64,000 bases of DNA. Origin: an uncultured Gemmatimonadales bacterium. GTDB lineage: Bacteria; Gemmatimonadota; Gemmatimonadetes; Gemmatimonadales; GWC2-71-9. The position numbers and the translations under genes were made by a program. Below are positions 55,836 to 64,000 of the stretch, piece by piece; position 1 is the stretch's first letter; each line of letters starts with the position of its first letter. Location: NCBI GenBank assembly GCA_963846435.1, contig CAWJVX010000007.1, positions 393,325-457,324 of the forward strand. The letters run 5' to 3'. The notes under the pieces are model-generated. The model was not told the DNA's origin. It was given only the letters and a program-made list of their open reading frames with translations, and searched no databases.

Positions 55836-56693
55836 CTATTTCAGGAAGCCAACCAACTCACGATTGACCTCGTCGGCATGGGTCCAATTCAAGCCGTGAG
55901 GCCCGCCCTTTATGGTCACCAGTCGACTTCCCTTGATAGCCGCCTGACTGGCATTGCCGGTTACCTCGATCGGGAGAATACGGTCGCTATCCCCGTGGAT
56001 GACCAGAGTGGGCACATCGATCCGCGAGAGGTCCTTCCGAAAATCGGTGTACCACGCCGTTACGCACTCAAGCGTCCCGATCGGGGAGGCCCCCGAAGCG
56101 ATATTCCAGCTGTCTCTTACCACCTCATCGCTGATTTGCTTGCCCTTCAACACGTCGAGGTTGTAGAAGTTCGCGAGGAACTGGCTCAGGAACGCGAGAC
56201 GATCCGCAACGATCCCCTTCTTGATCCCGTCAAAGACGCTGATGTCCACGCCACCCGGATTGTCCGGAGTCTTCAACAGGAACGGTGGTACCGCCGCCAT
56301 GAAAACCGCCTTGCTCACCCGCTCGGTGCCGTAGGTTCCCAGATAACGGGCCACCTCACCGCCACCCATAGAGAAGCCCACCAGCGCGAAATCACGGAGA
56401 TCCAGCGTGGTCACCAGCTTGTGCAGGTCCTCGGCGAAAGTGTCGTACTCATAGCCCGTGGCCGGTTGGCTCGATTTGCCGAATCCCCGGCGGTCGTAGG
56501 TGATGACCCGCCGGCCGGCGGCAAGGAGCGCGGTCAGTTGCTTTTCCCAGGATCGGCCACTGAGCGGCCACCCATGGATCAGCACCACAGGCGACCCTGA
56601 GCCGTGGTCCTCGTAGTAGAGTTCGATGGGGGTAGAGTTCTCCTGACCAACGTTGATGTAACTCCGCTGCTCGTGCGCAATCGTGTTGCTCAT
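55836..56693 (-). CDS. alpha/beta hydrolase (non-haem haloperoxidase/arylesterase-like)
   Basis: ATG 56693 with GGAGGGAGG upstream. LIHGWPLSG, nucleophile elbow GFSMGG, IHGDSD. Lower GC than its surroundings. Confidence 0.85.
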   Translation of the reverse strand: MSNTIAHEQRSYINVGQENSTPIELYYEDHGSGSPVVLIHGWPLSGRSWEKQLTALLAAGRRVITYDRRGFGKSSQPATGYEYDTFAEDLHKLVTTLDLRDFALVGFSMGGGEVARYLGTYGTERVSKAVFMAAVPPFLLKTPDNPGGVDISVFDGIKKGIVADRLAFLSQFLANFYNLDVLKGKQISDEVVRDSWNIASGASPIGTLECVTAWYTDFRKDLSRIDVPTLVIHGDSDRILPIEVTGNASQAAIKGSRLVTIKGGPHGLNWTHADEVNRELVGFLK

Positions 56694-56770
56694 TGCCTCC
56701 CTCCTTGTTGCTCGTGAACCACTTGCTTCCAAGCATACCACCCTGGCTCAGTCCTGCGGCGGCGAGGGAC

Positions 56771-57223
56771 CTATCGCCGGAACAGGATAAGGTATGCAAG
56801 GCCGATCGCGACCAGGTCCTCCGGTATGGCGACCACGATGTCCTTTACCTTGAGGCCTTGGACCAGCCGCTTACGGGCTTCGTAGCCTGCGAACGCGCCA
56901 ATCACACCCCCGATGACGCCTGACACCGCCCCCGCGAGCCAGGGCTGGTTTGCCGATATGCCAAGGCATGCCCCGCACAGCCCACCCATGAGCATGCGCG
57001 CGATCAGGGGTCCTGGCATCGTTCGTCTCGGAGTCTGGGGAAGGACGTCGGCCACGTACTCCGCCGCTGCCAGCAGCGAGAATATCGCGACTGCGGCCGT
57101 CGACCCCATCCACGCCAGCGTCGAGCCGCCGAGGTCGAGCCAGCCGAGATGGGCAGCCCAGCTGACCGCCGCCGGAGCCGTCAGGGAGCGGAGCCCGGCG
57201 ACGATTCCTATGCCGATGGCCAA
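56771..57223 (-). CDS. DUF4126-like membrane protein
   Basis: 150 aa, 4 TM, Gly-rich helices (AGLRSLTAPAAVSWAA, GGVIGAFAGY). Confidence 0.5.
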   Translation of the reverse strand: MAIGIGIVAGLRSLTAPAAVSWAAHLGWLDLGGSTLAWMGSTAAVAIFSLLAAAEYVADVLPQTPRRTMPGPLIARMLMGGLCGACLGISANQPWLAGAVSGVIGGVIGAFAGYEARKRLVQGLKVKDIVVAIPEDLVAIGLAYLILFRR

Positions 57224-57410
57224 GGCGAATACAGAGGTGATCGGTCGTTCCCCCGCTCGTTATCGCTCGCTGACTACGACAAAAGCGAACCCGACGGGAG
57301 GATAGCATCTCCCGCTTCTCGGGCGCCAGAGCCGGGCAGGCTCGATCCTCTGCTTGCGCGGCGCGGCGGAGGCATCAGATTGCAGAGACCGCCCTGCTCG
57401 GAGCCCCACC

Positions 57411-57974
57411 ATGGTCAGCACGCGTGTAAAGGGTAGGCCTCAGGGATTGCCGGCGCGCCGGTGCATTCCCCGGGGTTTGGGTGTACTCCTGAGCTCATCC
57501 GTCCTTTGGGGCTGCGTCGCTGGCTCGGAAGGACCCCAGGGCCCCGGCAATCCGCCCGCGAATCCTCCGCCGGGGCTTCGTGCCGATCTCTTTGCCGGGC
57601 CAATCATGACGCCGGATCATGTGCGGGTGGATTCGATCCTCGAAATGGTGGTCGGCGTTCGAAACGGCGGCACCAGGGTGGCAGACGCAGGCTGGATTGT
57701 ACGGGTTATGCTTTCTAAAGACGCGGTCATCGATTCGGCTGACATTCAAGTGGACCACTTCTCCGCTCCCCGGGATCTGCCGCCCGGAGGGGAGGACGAG
57801 TACCTGCGGCATAAGAAGCTTCGGGCGAGCACGCCCACCGGGCCGTACTACATCGGCTCCATTCTCGACGTGACCGGAAGGGTGCCGGAGGCCAGCGAAA
57901 CCAACAACGTTTTGCAGTCCCCGGCGACGATCGTCCTCACCGCCGAGGCCCCTCCGCCACCGGAGGGAGACTGA
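57411..57974 (+). CDS. lipoprotein with CARDB-like domain
   Basis: ATG 57411. Lipobox-like SVLWGC. Single Ig-like domain ending in the CARDB-type motif EASETNNV. Confidence 0.5.
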   Translation: MVSTRVKGRPQGLPARRCIPRGLGVLLSSSVLWGCVAGSEGPQGPGNPPANPPPGLRADLFAGPIMTPDHVRVDSILEMVVGVRNGGTRVADAGWIVRVMLSKDAVIDSADIQVDHFSAPRDLPPGGEDEYLRHKKLRASTPTGPYYIGSILDVTGRVPEASETNNVLQSPATIVLTAEAPPPPEGD

Positions 57975-57995
57975 GCCGGGGTGGAAGGGTAAGCG

Positions 57996-58577
57996 ATGCA
58001 GTACTCCCAGGAATTCATTTCCGAGCACGAGGTGCCTCCTGCCGGTAAGCCACTGTTTCAGCATGTGGTGGACACCTACGTCTCCGAGACCAACAAGCTG
58101 GGCACGGTCTGGAGTGAACTGAGGGATCACCAGCTCGACTTTCGGCTTCACGCCCGCAGCAGCTCGATCCGGCAGATCATGAGGCACCAGATCCTTTCGG
58201 AGGCTCGGTTCTTCGCCGAGTTCATCGGACTGTCGGAGCCGGCCGCGGAGTCGTTGCTGCCCCCGGGAGAGGCGCCCCCGGTACAGGAGTATGTCGATCG
58301 GGTCATCGCGCTCGCTCGGGCCCGGCTGCCGGCCTTGGCGGCAGGCGATGAACGGTTCTGGCTCACGGAGGTGCCGTTCTTCGACGTCCGGCGGCAGCGC
58401 ATCTGGGTCTTCTGGCGCCGGGTGCTCCACACCGCACATCACCGGGCGCAGATTGGTGATTGTCTCCGGCTGCTCAATGCCCGGGTGCCGCCCACCTATG
58501 GCCCCACTGCCGACGTCACCTGGTCCGGAGCGGATCCCACACAGACTCTGGACGCAGTACGGCGCGCCCAGCGATAA
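57996..58577 (+). CDS. DinB-family damage-inducible protein
   Basis: 193 aa. IMRHQILSEARFF and VLHTAHHRAQIGD histidine motifs. Confidence 0.7.
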   Translation: MQYSQEFISEHEVPPAGKPLFQHVVDTYVSETNKLGTVWSELRDHQLDFRLHARSSSIRQIMRHQILSEARFFAEFIGLSEPAAESLLPPGEAPPVQEYVDRVIALARARLPALAAGDERFWLTEVPFFDVRRQRIWVFWRRVLHTAHHRAQIGDCLRLLNARVPPTYGPTADVTWSGADPTQTLDAVRRAQR

Positions 58578-58625
58578 TGCAGGTCACTGGTGTTGGTCTG
58601 TCCACGGCTTTGCAGAGAGGATGAC

Positions 58626-58898
58626 ATGTCGGCTGACAAGCAGGAGGGCGCTCTCAAGCCCATCACACCCGCCCGCGTCGCAGAGGAGCTCAGGAAGCTG
58701 AGCAGTCAGCGAAAGGACGGCACACTCGCCGCCGATGAATACGAGCACCGCTTCGCCCGGATGATCGGCGAGCTACGCGACCGGCGCATCGATGGCAGCC
58801 GCGCCGAGATTCTGGCGACCCTCACGCCGCTCATGAGCGAAGGCGTCGTGTCCGCCGCGGACTGGCGGCGACTCACCCGGCAGCTGGGCCTCGCGTGA
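58626..58898 (+). CDS. hypothetical small protein with SHOCT-like motif
   Basis: ATG 58626. ELRKLSSQRKDGTLAADEYEHRFARMIGEL resembles a SHOCT helix-turn-helix motif. Confidence 0.4.
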   Translation: MSADKQEGALKPITPARVAEELRKLSSQRKDGTLAADEYEHRFARMIGELRDRRIDGSRAEILATLTPLMSEGVVSAADWRRLTRQLGLA

Positions 58899-58914
58899 TT
58901 CCTCCACCCATCGA

Positions 58915-59793
58915 ATGATTCCCCGCCGGGGCCTCGGCCTCGATGCCCCGCGTGTGTCCGCGGTGGGGTACGGCGGGATGCACCTCTCCATACAGGATCG
59001 CCCGACGGAGGCTCAGGCGATCCGGGTCATTCACGCCGCGCTGGATGCCGGGGTCACGCTGATCGACACCGCCGACGTCTATTGCCTGGACAACCACGAT
59101 ATCGGACACAACGAGCGGCTGGTGGCGGGCGCCCTGAAGAGCTGGCAGGGTACCCGCGACCAGGTCATCGTGGCGACGAAGGGTGGCGTGACCAGGCCAG
59201 CCGGTCGCTGGGAGACCGATGGCCGGCCCCAGCATCTGCGAGCCGCCTGCGAGCACTCGCTGAAAGCCCTGGGGGTGGAGCGCATCGACCTCTACCAGCT
59301 GCACGCACCCGACCCCCGGGTCCCGCTGGCGGAGAGTGTGGGCGCTCTGGCCGAGCTCCAACAGGAGGGGAAAATTCGTTGGATCGGGCTCTCCAACGTG
59401 TCGGTCCCCCAGATCTGGGAAGCCGAGACCGTAGTTCCGGTGACCAGTGTGCAAAACCGCCTGAATCCGTTCTTTCGGGAGGCGCTGGCGGAGGGAGTAG
59501 TGGCGTACTGCGCCGAGCGGAATATGGGCTTCCTGGCGTACAGCCCGACCGGGGGCGGCCGCCTCAACCTCAAACTGCCGGCGCACCCGGTACTTCAGCC
59601 GATGGCGGCCCGGCTTGGCGTCACTCCCCATGCGCTGGTGCTCGCCTGGGTGTTGGCGCGCTCGCCGTCGGTGATTGTTATCCCCAGCGCGCGCACCGTC
59701 GACCATGCCCTCGACAGCACCGGTGCCGCCGATCTCGAGCTGAGCGAAGCCGATCTCTCCGCCATCACGGCGGCCGAATTTTCTCGGGCATGA
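58915..59793 (+). CDS. aldo/keto reductase
   Basis: GYGGM, IDTADVY, DLYQLH, GLSN and IPSAR motifs. 292 aa. Confidence 0.9.
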   Translation: MIPRRGLGLDAPRVSAVGYGGMHLSIQDRPTEAQAIRVIHAALDAGVTLIDTADVYCLDNHDIGHNERLVAGALKSWQGTRDQVIVATKGGVTRPAGRWETDGRPQHLRAACEHSLKALGVERIDLYQLHAPDPRVPLAESVGALAELQQEGKIRWIGLSNVSVPQIWEAETVVPVTSVQNRLNPFFREALAEGVVAYCAERNMGFLAYSPTGGGRLNLKLPAHPVLQPMAARLGVTPHALVLAWVLARSPSVIVIPSARTVDHALDSTGAADLELSEADLSAITAAEFSRA

Positions 59794-59814
59794 CGGTCTT
59801 TCCCGTCCTTCCCG

Positions 59815-60822
59815 CTACGCCCATCGCATCAGCGTAGCGCCCGAGGTAAACCCCGCTCCTACCGCGGTACACACCACCAGGTCGCCCCGCTTGATCTTCC
59901 CCTCGCTGAGCGCGCCGTCCAGTGCCAGCGGCAGCGTGGCCGCGGTGGTGTTGCCGTAGCGGGCCAGCACCGTGACGACCCGCTCGTGGGGAACACCCAG
60001 CCGTTCGGCGGTGGCATCCAGAATACGCTGGTTGGCCTGGTGCGGTACCACCAGGGCGATATCGGATGGGCTGAGTCCGTTTCGCTTCAGCAGTACCTGG
60101 ACGCTCTCCACCATGGTCGTTACCGCGAACTTGAAGACCGCCCGGCCATTCTGCTTGAGAAAGTGCTGCCGCGCGGTGACGGTGGCGACGCTGGGTGGCA
60201 GGAGACTCCCGCCGGCGGGCATCATCAGATCGTCCCGCCCGCTGCCATCGATCCGGTGATGGAAATCCAGAATGCCATACCCCGGCTCGGCTGGCTCCAG
60301 AAGTGCCGCCCCGGCCCCGTCGCCGAACAGCACCGCAGTGGTCCGGTCCAGCGGATCGATGATCGAGCTCATGAGGTCGGCGCCGACCACCACGACCCGC
60401 TCATGGGCGCCGGCGGCTACCAGCTGCGCCCCGGCGGTGAGGGCGTAGAGGAAGCCTGAACAGGCGGCCGAGAGGTCGAAGCCCCACGCACGGCGCAGCC
60501 CGAGCTGGTCCTGGATGAGGCAGGCCGTGGCGGGGAAGAGCATGTCCGGTGTGACGGTCGCAACCAGAATTGCGTCCACGTCGTCGGGACCCAGCCCTCG
60601 TTTCGCCATCAGCCGCCGCACTGCCTCCGCCCCCATCTTGGACGTGGTCTCCCCTGGCGCACCGATGCGGCGCTCCCGGATACCGGTGCGGGTGACGATC
60701 CATTCGTCCGATGTGTCGAGGCGGGTGGCGAGCTCGGCGTTGGTGAGGATGCGCTCCGGAACGTATGTCGCGACCGCCGAAATGGCGGCGCGCAACGGCG
60801 CGGACCGGGGCTTGTCGGGCAT
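59815..60822 (-). CDS. fabH: beta-ketoacyl-ACP synthase III
   Basis: Active-site contexts [22 protein letters not shown] and [13 protein letters not shown]. 335 aa. Confidence 0.95.
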   Translation of the reverse strand: MPDKPRSAPLRAAISAVATYVPERILTNAELATRLDTSDEWIVTRTGIRERRIGAPGETTSKMGAEAVRRLMAKRGLGPDDVDAILVATVTPDMLFPATACLIQDQLGLRRAWGFDLSAACSGFLYALTAGAQLVAAGAHERVVVVGADLMSSIIDPLDRTTAVLFGDGAGAALLEPAEPGYGILDFHHRIDGSGRDDLMMPAGGSLLPPSVATVTARQHFLKQNGRAVFKFAVTTMVESVQVLLKRNGLSPSDIALVVPHQANQRILDATAERLGVPHERVVTVLARYGNTTAATLPLALDGALSEGKIKRGDLVVCTAVGAGFTSGATLMRWA

Positions 60823-60912
60823 GCACGAATCTCGTCGAGACCGGGAATGAGGCGCAAGCAGGGACGCCCGTGCCTCGTTCCTTCGTACCCTCGTTCCCCT
60901 ATATTCCGGGGC

Positions 60913-62148
60913 ATGCCCTCAGCCAGTCGCCGACGTACCGTCACCGCCACTATCGGGGGTGTTCGGGTGGGTTCCGATCATCCGGTGGTGGTCCAATCGA
61001 TGACCAATACCGACACGGCCAACGTGTCGGCTACGGTAGCGCAGGCCGCCGACCTGGCGCGTGCCGGCAGCGAGTTGGTGCGGGTGACCGTCAACAATGA
61101 GGCCTCTGCCGCCGCCGTTCCCGCCATCGTGGAGGGTCTGGAGCGCTTGGGCGTCGCGGTGCCCATCATCGGGGACTTCCACTACAACGGGCACTTGCTC
61201 CTCACCCGGTATCCCGACTGCGCCAGTGCTCTGGCGAAGTACCGCATCAATCCCGGCAACGTCGGCGGCAAACGGCACGACGAGAACTTCCGGGCCATCA
61301 TCGAGGTGGCGCTGGCGCACGACAAGCCGGTGCGGATCGGGGTCAACTGGGGCTCTCTCGACCAAACCCTGCTGACGCAGCTGATGGATGCCAACGCCCA
61401 CCGGCCCACCCCGCGTGACGCGCGCGATGTGGTCATGGAGGCCATGGTCGAGAGCGCCCTGCAGTCCGCCGCGCTGGCGGAAGCCACCGGCATGGAGCAC
61501 GACCGAATCGTGCTCAGCGCCAAGGTCTCGGGGGTGCAGGACCTGATCGAGGTGTATCGCCTGCTGGCTGCGCGCTGCGACTATCCCCTCCACCTGGGCC
61601 TCACCGAGGCCGGGCTTGGCAGCAAGGGAATCATTGCCAGCACCGCGGGTCTCAGCATTCTGCTCCAGGAGGGAATCGGCGACACGATCAGGGTTTCACT
61701 CACCCCGGCCCCGGGAGGCGACCGCACCGAGGAAGTCCGGGTTGCCCAGCAGGTGCTTCAGTCCCTTGGCCTCAGGAGCTTCACACCGCAGGTGACCAGC
61801 TGCCCCGGGTGCGGCCGCACTACGAGCACCTTCTTCCAACAGATGGCCCAGGAGATCCAGGACTATCTGCGGGAGAAAATGCCGGCGTGGCGCAGCGAGC
61901 GGCCCGGCGTCGAAGATCTGAAAGTGGCCGTCATGGGCTGCGTGGTAAACGGCCCAGGCGAGTCGAAGCACGCCCACATCGGAATCTCACTCCCCGGCAC
62001 GGCCGAGGAGCCCAAGGCGCCGGTGTATGTCGACGGCCGCCTCCTGGTCACGCTGCGCGGCGATGATATCGTGGCTGATTTCCTCGGAATACTCGAGGAC
62101 TACGTGGCGTCTCGTTATGGAGCCGTCGAATCGGCGGAGAGGTCCTGA
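60913..62148 (+). CDS. ispG: 4-hydroxy-3-methylbut-2-en-1-yl diphosphate synthase
   Basis: ATG 60913. [15 protein letters not shown], and Fe-S cysteines SCPGCGRT and GCVVNGPGE. Confidence 0.95.
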   Translation: MPSASRRRTVTATIGGVRVGSDHPVVVQSMTNTDTANVSATVAQAADLARAGSELVRVTVNNEASAAAVPAIVEGLERLGVAVPIIGDFHYNGHLLLTRYPDCASALAKYRINPGNVGGKRHDENFRAIIEVALAHDKPVRIGVNWGSLDQTLLTQLMDANAHRPTPRDARDVVMEAMVESALQSAALAEATGMEHDRIVLSAKVSGVQDLIEVYRLLAARCDYPLHLGLTEAGLGSKGIIASTAGLSILLQEGIGDTIRVSLTPAPGGDRTEEVRVAQQVLQSLGLRSFTPQVTSCPGCGRTTSTFFQQMAQEIQDYLREKMPAWRSERPGVEDLKVAVMGCVVNGPGESKHAHIGISLPGTAEEPKAPVYVDGRLLVTLRGDDIVADFLGILEDYVASRYGAVESAERS

Positions 62149-62154
62149 GACCCC

Positions 62155-62871
62155 GTGCCGCTCCTGGTGCTGGGTGCTGGACTCGAGGCGACCCTGCGGG
62201 ACCAGCCTCTGCTTGCGCTGGTGATCCTGTTTGGCGCCGGCCTGGCCACCAGCCTGACTCCCTGTGTGTACCCCATGATTCCGATCACGGCCGGCATTCT
62301 CGGCGGGGCCGGGTCGGTCCGGCGATCCCGGGGCCGCACTCTACTCCTGACCCTCGTCTACGTCCTGGGTCTGGCGTTGATGTATTCCTCGCTCGGGCTG
62401 TTGGCCGGTCTGTCCGGGACCCTGTTCGGTACGGTCAGTTCCAACCCCTGGGCCCTGTTCATAATGGGCAACCTGCTTCTGGTGTTTGGACTGGCCCTCT
62501 TGGACGTCTTTACCGTGAATGCCCCGGCCCGGCTTGCGGCGTGGGCCGGCCGCCTGGCCGGGGACTCCGTGGGCGGGGTCTTCGCGCTCGGGGCCACCTC
62601 GGGTCTGGTGGCGGCGCCGTGCGGAGCCCCGGCGTTCGCCGCGGTGCTGACCTTCGTGAGCACGACTCGCAGCGCGGCACTAGGGTTCCTGTACCTGTTC
62701 GTCTTTTCGATTGGTCTCACGGCCCTGCTGATCGCGGTCGGCCTGTTCAGCGGCAGTGTCGCCGCCCTGCCGCGAGCCGGGATGTGGACCGTCTGGATCA
62801 AGCGGGCGGGAGGAGTGCTCCTGCTGGTGATGGCCGAGTACTACTTCGTCAGAATGGGAAGCGTACTATGA
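62155..62871 (+). CDS. CcdA/DsbD-family thiol-disulfide transmembrane electron transporter
   Basis: LTPCVYPMIPI and AAPCGAP cysteine motifs, 6-7 TM. GTG start 6 nt after the ispG stop. Confidence 0.8.
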   Translation: MPLLVLGAGLEATLRDQPLLALVILFGAGLATSLTPCVYPMIPITAGILGGAGSVRRSRGRTLLLTLVYVLGLALMYSSLGLLAGLSGTLFGTVSSNPWALFIMGNLLLVFGLALLDVFTVNAPARLAAWAGRLAGDSVGGVFALGATSGLVAAPCGAPAFAAVLTFVSTTRSAALGFLYLFVFSIGLTALLIAVGLFSGSVAALPRAGMWTVWIKRAGGVLLLVMAEYYFVRMGSVL

Positions 62872-63368
62872 AAAAAATGCTGGTGCTGGCGCTCCTCGTC
62901 TGCCCCGGGCTCGGGACCGCGCCTCTCTGGGCGCAGGAGGTCGGCATCGCCGTGGGGGCGAAGGCCCCGGTGGTCACGGTGAACGACCTTGACGGCAAGG
63001 CGGTCGATCTGGGTCAGTATATTGGGAAGAAGCCGGTTTTCCTCGAATTCTGGGCCACATGGTGCGAACTTTGCGAAGAGCTTTTGCCCCGGGTCCGCGC
63101 GGCCAAGGCGGCTTATGGAGACCGGGTCGAGTTCCTCGGGGTGAACGTTACCGTCAATCAATCTCGTGAACGGGTCCGGCAGTACCTGGAAAAGCATCAA
63201 CCCCCGTTCCGAACTCTATACGACGAAGAGGGAACCAGTACCCGGGCGTATGAGGCGCCGGCTACCTCCTACGTCGTGATCGTGGACCGCTCGGGGAAGG
63301 TGGCATATACCGGGAGTGGCGGCACCCAGGAGTTCGACGCAGTGCTTCGCCGCGTCACTCAGAACTGA
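62868..63368 (+). CDS. secreted TlpA/ResA-like thioredoxin-fold protein
   Basis: Signal peptide MKKMLVLALLVCPGLG. Active site FWATWCELC. ATGA overlap with the upstream gene. Confidence 0.85.
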   Translation: MKKMLVLALLVCPGLGTAPLWAQEVGIAVGAKAPVVTVNDLDGKAVDLGQYIGKKPVFLEFWATWCELCEELLPRVRAAKAAYGDRVEFLGVNVTVNQSRERVRQYLEKHQPPFRTLYDEEGTSTRAYEAPATSYVVIVDRSGKVAYTGSGGTQEFDAVLRRVTQN

Positions 63369-63396
63369 TTCATCAACCGAAGAGGGCCGATTCTTC

Positions 63397-63984
63397 ATGC
63401 GTCTATTCGTCCTTGCAGTGACATGTGGTGTCCTGATGTTCACCGGTGTTCCCCTGGCCTCAGCCCAAAAGGACACCCTGAAGAAGGTCAGCGTGGTGAT
63501 CGTGGGCGGCCCCGATGTGGGCAAGCGGGCCCCAGACTTCTCGCTTCCCTGGGCCAACCGGGACGGCGTGGGCCCCGTCGAATCGCCGTATCAGCTGGCC
63601 AGCGACCGCGGCAGGACCGTCGTGGTCGCATTCTATCCCCGCGATTTCACCAGCGGCTGCACGGCCGAGCTCAAGACCTTCGCGCAGCAGTATGACAGCT
63701 TGTTCGGGTCCGAGGTCACGCTCGTCGGCATCAGCACCGATTCGGTGACGACCCACAGCCGCTTTGCAGCCAGCCTCAATCTGCCGTTCCGGTTGCTGAG
63801 CGACCCGGAGCAGCGGGTCTCGAAGCAGTACGCCAGCAAGGACTCCCGCGGCTTTAACCGGCGCACGGTGTACGTGATTGGTCCCGATGGCCGGGTCAAG
63901 TACCGGAATATGAAGTTCAACGCGCTCGATCCGCAGGCTTACTCGGAGCTGCGTGCTGCCATCAAGACCGTTCGCGGCAGCTGA
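63397..63984 (+). CDS. secreted peroxiredoxin (Bcp/PrxQ-like, AhpC/TSA family)
   Basis: Signal peptide MRLFVLAVTCGVLMFTGVPLASA. Peroxidatic motif FYPRDFTSGCTAE. GISTDS. Confidence 0.85.
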   Translation: MRLFVLAVTCGVLMFTGVPLASAQKDTLKKVSVVIVGGPDVGKRAPDFSLPWANRDGVGPVESPYQLASDRGRTVVVAFYPRDFTSGCTAELKTFAQQYDSLFGSEVTLVGISTDSVTTHSRFAASLNLPFRLLSDPEQRVSKQYASKDSRGFNRRTVYVIGPDGRVKYRNMKFNALDPQAYSELRAAIKTVRGS

Positions 63985-64000
63985 CACCGGTGTTGCCGGG

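Overview
High-GC bacterial chromosomal segment. A hand-counted priA sample is about 68% GC. It is densely packed with about 62 protein-coding genes on both strands, mostly housekeeping. Recognised content: the tail of the spc ribosomal-protein operon (secY-adk-map), trpS, an orphan pilT, purA, glyQS, priA, a class II ribonucleotide reductase (nrdJ), fabH and ispG. There is a peptidoglycan-recycling block (murQ-anmK-nagZ, ampG, a large amidase). A TonB-dependent receptor lies divergent from a fur-containing operon. Several thiol-redox genes are present: a YpdA-like reductase, three DinB-family proteins, two CcdA-type membrane reductant transporters, a TlpA-like thioredoxin and a secreted peroxiredoxin. 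There is also a Ser/Thr kinase and a PP2C phosphatase. I recognised no rRNA, tRNA, CRISPR array, transposase, integrase or prophage genes, and no obvious multi-gene defence-like island. The most unusual signals are: (1) intergenic inverted repeats whose two arms are each tandem arrays of a locus-specific 7-8 nt unit (642-737, 37204-37263, 49491-49665, 50177-50292, weaker at 60843-60899); (2) five apparent frame disruptions in three conserved genes (priA, an ABC exporter, gamma-glutamyltransferase); (3) a translationally coupled HEAT-repeat protein / HD-GYP phosphodiesterase pair that share an N-terminal domain; (4) a fur gene embedded in an operon with an ArgZ/ArgE-like (TIGR00300-type) protein and CcdA. 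All family assignments come from motif recognition by eye, with no database search. The ORF track translates GTG/TTG starts as M, so several start codons are uncertain.
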